Sequence record: SRR2962707_3760 | Strand: one strand, 5' to 3' | DNA: 55,905 bases | Part shown: positions 49,789 through 55,905 of the stretch, piece after piece | Numbering within the stretch: position 1 is the first letter of the stretch | Layout of the letters: every line of letters starts with the position of its first letter | Notes under the pieces: model-generated | Told to the model about the DNA's origin: nothing | The model's input: only the letters and a program-made list of their open reading frames with translations | The model's database searches: none | Made by a program: the position numbers and the translations under genes

Positions 49789-52389
49789 GTGTTAGAAGCA
49801 TACCGTAAACATGTTGAGGAACGTGCAGAACAGAGCATACCTCCTACACCACTTAATGCAGAACAAGTTTCTGCCTTGGTTGAACTTCTTAAAAACCCAC
49901 CAGCAGGTGAAGAAGAGTTTATTCTTGACCTTCTAAAAAATCGCATCCCAGCGGGTGTTGATGAAGCCGCTTACGTTAAAGCAGGCTTTCTTGCTGCCAT
50001 CACCCAAGGCGAAGCAGCATCACCACTAATCACCAAAGAATTGGCAACTGAACTGCTTGGCACCATGCTTGGTGGTTACAACATTCAGCCATTGATCGCT
50101 TGCCTAGACATTGAAGAGCTTGCTCCTATTGCAGCCAAAGCACTGTCTCATACACTGCTTATTTTCGACGCCTTCCATGACGTTGAAGAAAAATCCAAAG
50201 CAGGTAACCCATTCGCGAAACAAATCATCCAATCTTGGGCGGATGGCGAATGGTTCACAGCGAAAAACAAATTGGCTGAAAAAATCTCCCTTACTGTCTT
50301 TAAAGTAACGGGCGAAACAAACACCGACGATCTATCTCCTGCGCCAGACGCATGGTCTCGTCCTGATATCCCATTACATGCCAACGCAATGCTTAAAATG
50401 GCTCGTGATGGCATCACACCAGATCTAGATGGCGAAATCGGACCAATCAGCAAAATCATCTCCCTAAAAGAAAAAGGCTTTCCTTTAGCGTACGTGGGTG
50501 ATGTTGTTGGTACGGGTTCAAGCCGTAAATCAGCGACGAACTCTGTGCTATGGCACATGGGCGATGACATTCCGTTCATCCCTAACAAACGCGCTGGCGG
50601 TATCTGTATTGGTAATAAAATTGCCCCTATCTTCTTCAACACAATGGAAGACGCTGGTGCACTGCCAATCGAAATGGACGTTGATAAAATGGAAATGGGC
50701 GATGTAATCGACATTTTCCCATACGAAGGCGTTGTTAAAAAACACGGCACAGAAGAAGTCATCAGTACTTTCTCTCTAAAAACTCAAGTACTTCTAGACG
50801 AAGTACGTGCTGGCGGTCGTATTCCTTTGATCATCGGTCGTGGTTTAACAGCGAAAGCTCGTGAATCTCTAGGCCTTGGCGCAACAGACTTATTCACCGT
50901 TCCTGGTGCGATTGCTGAATCCACTAAAGGTTTCACACTGGCTCAGAAAATGGTTGGTAAGGCATGTGGTCTTCCAGGCATTCGCCCGAACACTTACTGT
51001 GAACCAAAAATGACAACCGTTGGTTCTCAAGACACTACGGGTCCAATGACACGTGACGAACTAAAAGACTTGGCTTGCCTTGGCTTTACGTCCGATCTAG
51101 TAATGCAATCTTTCTGTCACACAGCGGCTTACCCTAAACCAGTTGACGTAACGACTCACCACACTCTTCCTGATTTCATCATGAACCGTGGCGGTGTTTC
51201 TCTTCGCCCAGGTGACGGCATCATCCACTCTTGGTTGAACCGTATGCTACTACCTGACACGGTAGGTACTGGTGGTGACTCTCACACTCGTTTCCCTCTA
51301 GGTATCTCTTTCCCTGCGGGTTCTGGTTTGGTTGCATTCGCAGCAGCAACAGGTGTCATGCCTCTTGATATGCCTGAGTCTGTTTTGGTTCGCTTTAAAG
51401 GTAAAATGCAACCAGGTATCACACTACGTGACCTTGTTCATGCAATCCCTTACCAAGCAATCAAAGAAGGTCACTTGACGGTTGAGAAAAAAGGTAAGAA
51501 AAACGTTTTCTCTGGTCGCATCCTAGAAATCGAAGGCCTTGAACACTTAACCGCTGAGCAAGCGTTCGAATTATCCGACGCTTCTGCAGAACGTTCTGCT
51601 GCGGGTTGTACCATCAACTTGTCTGAAGAGTCTGTGGCTGAATACCTAAAATCCAACATCGTTATGCTACGTTGGATGATTTCTGAAGGTTACGGCGACC
51701 CTCGTACACTTGAGCGCCGCGCTAACGCAATGGAAGAGTGGTTAGCAAACCCTAGTCTAATGCGCGCTGATGCAGACGCTGAATACCACACAATCATTGA
51801 GATCGACCTTGAAACAATCAAAGAACCTGTTCTTTGTGCGCCAAACGATCCAGATGATGCACGTCTACTTTCTGATGTTCAAGGCGAGCACATCGATGAA
51901 GTCTTCATCGGTTCTTGTATGACAAACATCGGTCACTTCCGTGCTGCTGGTAAATTACTAGACGCAGCTGGCAAAGTGGTTCCTACCCGCCTTTGGGTTG
52001 CACCACCAACCAAAATGGACGCTGAGCAACTAACCGCAGAAGGCTACTACAGCATCTTCGGTAAAGCTGGCGCTCGTATGGAAATGCCTGGTTGTTCTCT
52101 ATGTATGGGTAACCAAGCACGCGTTGCTGAGAAGTCTACCGTTGTTTCCACTTCAACTCGTAACTTCCCGAACCGTCTAGGTAATGGCGCTAACGTATTC
52201 TTGGCCTCTGCTGAACTTGCTGCTGTTGCGGCATTGCTTGGCAAACTACCTACACCTGCTGAGTACCTTGAGTACGCAAACAAGATCAACAGCATGTCTT
52301 CTGAAGTTTACAAATACCTAAACTTCGACAAGATGGGTGAGTACGTTAAGAAAGCCAATACTGTTATTGCCACTGACGCAACGGCATAA
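49789..52389 (+). CDS. acnB: Aconitate hydratase B
   Basis: [33 protein letters not shown] and [10 protein letters not shown]. Confidence 0.98.
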   Translation: MLEAYRKHVEERAEQSIPPTPLNAEQVSALVELLKNPPAGEEEFILDLLKNRIPAGVDEAAYVKAGFLAAITQGEAASPLITKELATELLGTMLGGYNIQPLIACLDIEELAPIAAKALSHTLLIFDAFHDVEEKSKAGNPFAKQIIQSWADGEWFTAKNKLAEKISLTVFKVTGETNTDDLSPAPDAWSRPDIPLHANAMLKMARDGITPDLDGEIGPISKIISLKEKGFPLAYVGDVVGTGSSRKSATNSVLWHMGDDIPFIPNKRAGGICIGNKIAPIFFNTMEDAGALPIEMDVDKMEMGDVIDIFPYEGVVKKHGTEEVISTFSLKTQVLLDEVRAGGRIPLIIGRGLTAKARESLGLGATDLFTVPGAIAESTKGFTLAQKMVGKACGLPGIRPNTYCEPKMTTVGSQDTTGPMTRDELKDLACLGFTSDLVMQSFCHTAAYPKPVDVTTHHTLPDFIMNRGGVSLRPGDGIIHSWLNRMLLPDTVGTGGDSHTRFPLGISFPAGSGLVAFAAATGVMPLDMPESVLVRFKGKMQPGITLRDLVHAIPYQAIKEGHLTVEKKGKKNVFSGRILEIEGLEHLTAEQAFELSDASAERSAAGCTINLSEESVAEYLKSNIVMLRWMISEGYGDPRTLERRANAMEEWLANPSLMRADADAEYHTIIEIDLETIKEPVLCAPNDPDDARLLSDVQGEHIDEVFIGSCMTNIGHFRAAGKLLDAAGKVVPTRLWVAPPTKMDAEQLTAEGYYSIFGKAGARMEMPGCSLCMGNQARVAEKSTVVSTSTRNFPNRLGNGANVFLASAELAAVAALLGKLPTPAEYLEYANKINSMSSEVYKYLNFDKMGEYVKKANTVIATDATA

Positions 52390-52428
52390 TCTTTGCCCCA
52401 GCGACTGATGCACTAACCGTAGCATAGT

Positions 52429-52459
52429 AAAAAGGCCTCATTTATATGAGGCCTTTTTT
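52429..52459. terminator. Intrinsic terminator of acnB (bidirectional form)
   Basis: AAAAAGGCCTCAT-loop-ATGAGGCCTTTTTT. Confidence 0.88.
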
Positions 52460-52638
52460 ATTTGCGTCGCTCAATCTTAGGAGCGGGTTACCCATGACAA
52501 CAATCTCCAGTACAACACCCTCCACACCAAGAACAAGCCAGCGTCCATTAAGCCAATGCCTCTTCAAGCTTGCTCCTTATTAAGCGAGCACCTTATAAAC
52601 CAGTACATTCATCTGCCCACGTTAAAAAACGCAGGCAC

Positions 52639-52663
52639 AAAAAAGCCCCGCGACTGCGAGGCT
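52639..52663 (-). terminator. Intrinsic terminator after the HPF/RaiA-family gene
   Basis: Minus strand AGCCTCGCAGTCGCGGGGCTTTTTT. Confidence 0.75.
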
Positions 52664-52695
52664 ACTCTTTATTTTCACTCCCTAAGGGTGATTAC

Positions 52696-53088
52696 CTATA
52701 GAACTTCACGCTCTACCAGTTCGTTGAATTCGGCTTGCTCTTCTCGCTCTACACTACTCTCTACGTCTTGAGCATTAATCTGATGCTGACGGCCGGTGTG
52801 TTTTGCCTTATGTTTAACGAGTTGTTTTTCCAATTTACCTACCAACAAATCCACAGCTGGTTTCAATTGCTTGTCTGTTTTAACGGTAGCGAATAGATCA
52901 TGACCAGGAATATGAACACTGGCTTCAACAATTAATTCATGAATCTCATGTTTCTCTGTATTTAGAATCACCTTAATACTGGTGATTTGATCGTTCAGAC
53001 GAGTCAGACGATCCATTCTTTCTTTAACTAGCTCTTGTACTTCTTCACCAGACTGAACGTGATGACCACTAATATTCAATGTATACAT
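52696..53088 (-). CDS. Ribosome hibernation factor HPF/RaiA family (divergent, acidic tail)
   Basis: LNISGHHV...VEASVHIPGHDLFA...AVDLLVGKLEKQLVKHK pattern. Confidence 0.85.
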   Translation of the reverse strand: MYTLNISGHHVQSGEEVQELVKERMDRLTRLNDQITSIKVILNTEKHEIHELIVEASVHIPGHDLFATVKTDKQLKPAVDLLVGKLEKQLVKHKAKHTGRQHQINAQDVESSVEREEQAEFNELVEREVL

Positions 53089-53719
53089 AGAGAATTTCCT
53101 TTCGTTTTTGGAAAATTATTTTATAAACGTATTTTCTATTCCCTCCTCGTTTTGAACATACTAATAACCTATGGACTAATCGATCTAATTTCAATCCTTA
53201 AAATGTAAATACTTTCATAAGTTTGTTAAAAATCACCTAAATCATCCGAAAAACCCAATAATCGTTTAAAAAACAAACAAGTATAAACATCTAAACAATT
53301 TATAAAGGCACCTATTTGATCAAATAAAACACAGTCACACTCTTACTTTAGTCTAGGGAAGACATAAATAAAGGCTCTTTTTTCTTAGCCGCCAACGATC
53401 ACCACCCTACATTGGGGTAAATTCAGACAACCAACCCGGTCAGCGATGACTCCCACCACCGTCAGATCGCTCAGGCGACACCCTAGGTCATGCCTGATCC
53501 AACCCTAACGGATGGCACACCACGACCAGAAAACGCCCTCACAAACGCTCAAGACGCTTACTAAAAAGAAAGAAGCAGAACCAAGAAGCAAGAACCCACT
53601 CAACCCCAAAAACAGTCACGAGGATACGAGAGTGCAACCCAAAAGGTCTCATCCCATAAAGTTCGCGCCACTTACTAGTCATTTAGCAGCCAGAAAAATC
53701 ACTGTGAAAAATAGCAGAC

Positions 53720-53749
53720 AAAAAAAACGCCCCCCTTAGGCAGCGTTTT
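53720..53749 (-). terminator. Intrinsic terminator of asd
   Basis: Minus strand AAAACGCT...GGCGTTTTTTTT, 26 nt after the asd stop. Confidence 0.7.
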
Positions 53750-53775
53750 ATCATCAAACACTCTTTCTAGAGCAA

Positions 53776-54894
53776 TTAAGCCTCAAGAAGAATGCGTAGC
53801 ATGCGGCGTAGTGGTTCAGCAGCACCCCACAAAAGTTGATCGCCAACTGAGAACGCACTGATGTACTCAGGCCCCATGTTCAGTTTACGGATACGACCTA
53901 CCGGCACATTCAAGGTGCCAGTCGCTACCGTCGGCGTCAATCCAGCCATGGTCGCTTCTTTGTCATTTGGCACAACATTTACCCAATCGTTATGCTCAGC
54001 CAACAAACCTTCGATGTCCGCGACTGGAATGTCTTTATTTAGTTTGATAGTGAAGGCTTGGCTATGGCAACGCATCGCGCCGATACGCACACACAAACCA
54101 TCAACAGGAATAATAGACCCAGTATTACCAAGGATTTTATTCGTTTCCGCTTGAGCCTTCCATTCTTCACGGCTTTGACCATTATCAAGCTGAGAATCAA
54201 TGTAAGGAATCAATGACCCAGCCAAAGGCACGCCAAACTGATCCACTGGCATAGTGTTGGAGCGCATTTGCTCAGCCACTTTACGATCGATGTCTAAAAT
54301 AGCACTAGCAGGATCCGCCAATTCAGACGCAACAGAACTGTGCAACAAGCCCATTTGATTGATCAACTCACGCATATGACGCGCACCGCCGCCAGAAGCC
54401 GCTTGGTACGTCATGGAAGTCATCCACTCAATGTGACCTTTTTCAAACAATCCACCCAATGCCAACAGCATCAAGCTAACGGTACAGTTACCGCCCACAA
54501 AGGTCTTCACGCCATCTTTCAAGCCTTGCTTGATGACATTTTGGTTCACTGGGTCCAACACGATAATCGCGTCTTTATCCATGCGCAAAGAAGACGCCGC
54601 ATCGATCCAGTACCCCTTCCAACCGGCATTACGCAACTGAGGGTAAATAGCCTTGGTATAATCCCCGCCTTGGCAGGTAATTATAATGTCCATCTTCTTC
54701 AGCGCTTCAATATCATTCGCGTCTTGAAGCAATGGAATGTCTTTACCAATTTCTGGCCCTTTTTGCCCCGTTTGAGAGGTGGTGAAAAAAATCGGATCAA
54801 TGTGATCAAAATCTTTTTCTTCTCGCATACGTTGCATCAACACGGAACCAACCATTCCGCGCCAGCCGACTAAACCTACAGTGTGTTTTGACAT
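53776..54894 (-). CDS. asd: Aspartate-semialdehyde dehydrogenase
   Basis: [22 protein letters not shown] and [14 protein letters not shown]. Confidence 0.97.
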   Translation of the reverse strand: MSKHTVGLVGWRGMVGSVLMQRMREEKDFDHIDPIFFTTSQTGQKGPEIGKDIPLLQDANDIEALKKMDIIITCQGGDYTKAIYPQLRNAGWKGYWIDAASSLRMDKDAIIVLDPVNQNVIKQGLKDGVKTFVGGNCTVSLMLLALGGLFEKGHIEWMTSMTYQAASGGGARHMRELINQMGLLHSSVASELADPASAILDIDRKVAEQMRSNTMPVDQFGVPLAGSLIPYIDSQLDNGQSREEWKAQAETNKILGNTGSIIPVDGLCVRIGAMRCHSQAFTIKLNKDIPVADIEGLLAEHNDWVNVVPNDKEATMAGLTPTVATGTLNVPVGRIRKLNMGPEYISAFSVGDQLLWGAAEPLRRMLRILLEA

Positions 54895-54969
54895 GGTTAT
54901 CTCTACCTTTTTTTTGTGGGGTCGCTCATACCAAGAGCAATATCCCGAGTTAACGCCTACTCATTATGG

Positions 54970-55905
54970 TTAGGCTTTAAGTACTGCTTCTAATGCAGTC
55001 AATACCGCGTCGCCCATGGCTTGCGTAGTGACTGTTTCACAATCTTGAGAAGCGATATCAGCGGTTCTTAACCCTTGATCAAGAACACGACTAACAGCGG
55101 CTTCAATCGCATCTGCGGCTTCTTTAGCGTCTAAAGAATAACGCAACATCATTGCCACGGATAAAATCGTCGCAAGAGGATTGGCAATGCCCTGTCCTGC
55201 AATATCTGGAGCAGAACCATGACAAGGCTCATACATACCACGACCTTCAGCGTTCAAAGAAGCCGACGGAAGCATACCAATGGAGCCTGTTAGCATTGCC
55301 GCTGCGTCAGATAGAATATCACCAAACATGTTGCCAGTAACCATTACATCAAACTGTTTTGGTGCACGAACCAGTTGCATTGCAGCATTATCCACTAGCA
55401 TGTGCGTCAATTCGACATCAGGATACTCTTTCGCAACTTCTTCCATGACTTCTTTCCAAAGCACTGTCACTTCAAGCACATTGGATTTATCGATAGAACA
55501 CACGCGTTTGCCACGTTGACGAGCGGCTTCAAACGCTGAGCGAGCAATACGGCGAATTTCCGATTCACTGTAAACATAAGTATTGAAACCTTGGCGCTCA
55601 CCATTTTCTAGCGTACGAATACCACGAGGCTGCCCGAAGTAAATACCGCCCGTTAACTCACGAACAATAAGGATGTCTAAACCCGCCACAATTTCCGGTT
55701 TCAAACTAGACGCATCCGCCAATTGTGGGTAAAGGATAGCAGGACGCAAGTTAGCAAAAAGCGCCAAGTTAGAGCGCAAGCCCAACAAGCCTTTCTCTGG
55801 GCGAACAGACATGTCTAGGCCGTCCCATTTTGGACCACCAACAGCACCCAGCAAAATCGCATCCGCGGCTTTGGCTTTCGTCAATGTCGCTTCAGGCAAA
55901 GGTGA
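54970..55905 (-). CDS. leuB: 3-isopropylmalate dehydrogenase (5' end outside the window)
   Basis: [19 protein letters not shown] and [12 protein letters not shown]. Confidence 0.96.
   Translation of the reverse strand, partial: SPLPEATLTKAKAADAILLGAVGGPKWDGLDMSVRPEKGLLGLRSNLALFANLRPAILYPQLADASSLKPEIVAGLDILIVRELTGGIYFGQPRGIRTLENGERQGFNTYVYSESEIRRIARSAFEAARQRGKRVCSIDKSNVLEVTVLWKEVMEEVAKEYPDVELTHMLVDNAAMQLVRAPKQFDVMVTGNMFGDILSDAAAMLTGSIGMLPSASLNAEGRGMYEPCHGSAPDIAGQGIANPLATILSVAMMLRYSLDAKEAADAIEAAVSRVLDQGLRTADIASQDCETVTTQAMGDAVLTALEAVLKA

Noticed and set aside
53314-53325. Palindrome ATTTGATCAAAT as an FNR site
   Set aside because: Lacks the TTGAT-N4-ATCAA spacing, and short palindromes are common in AT-rich DNA
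53539-53682. 47-aa minus-strand ORF with a hydrophobic stretch (type I toxin-like idea)
   Set aside because: No SD or promoter; G/T skew produces hydrophobic codons by chance
53512-53739. 75-aa plus-strand ORF rich in Lys and Pro
   Set aside because: No convincing SD, low complexity reflecting local A/C skew, and it runs into the asd terminator
1-55905. CRISPR arrays, IS elements, integrases, tRNA and rRNA genes
   Set aside because: None recognised by eye; intergenic gaps are short and show no periodic repeats

Overview
A gene-dense core-chromosome segment from a marine gammaproteobacterium. Gene order and protein style suggest Oceanospirillales, probably Marinomonas-like (inference). Most genes lie on the minus strand. 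It holds envelope biogenesis (comEC-exbBD-lpxK-ycaR-ptp-murB-murI, lol, bamC, lpxH), dapA/purC, queuosine genes (queF, queC, queE), the yceD-rpmF-plsX-fab cluster, a dinG-rhlB-selO-gpsA-sixA run, lexA with two SOS boxes, topA, cysS/glnS, azlCD, ppiB, miaE, acnB, an HPF/RaiA-family gene, asd and a partial leuB. I saw no rRNA, tRNA, CRISPR array, IS, integrase or prophage. The most unusual items are: (1) a membrane protein fusing an apparently dead kinase fold to an FGE-like domain without catalytic cysteines; (2) a cluster of similar hairpins upstream of a divergent HPF/RaiA gene; (3) competing stems plus a uORF upstream of azlC; (4) a perfect 13-bp hairpin inside the 5' end of lpxH; (5) a ComEC without a recognisable metallo-beta-lactamase domain; (6) a probably leaderless yceD mRNA. 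All calls come from reading motifs by eye; no searches were run.
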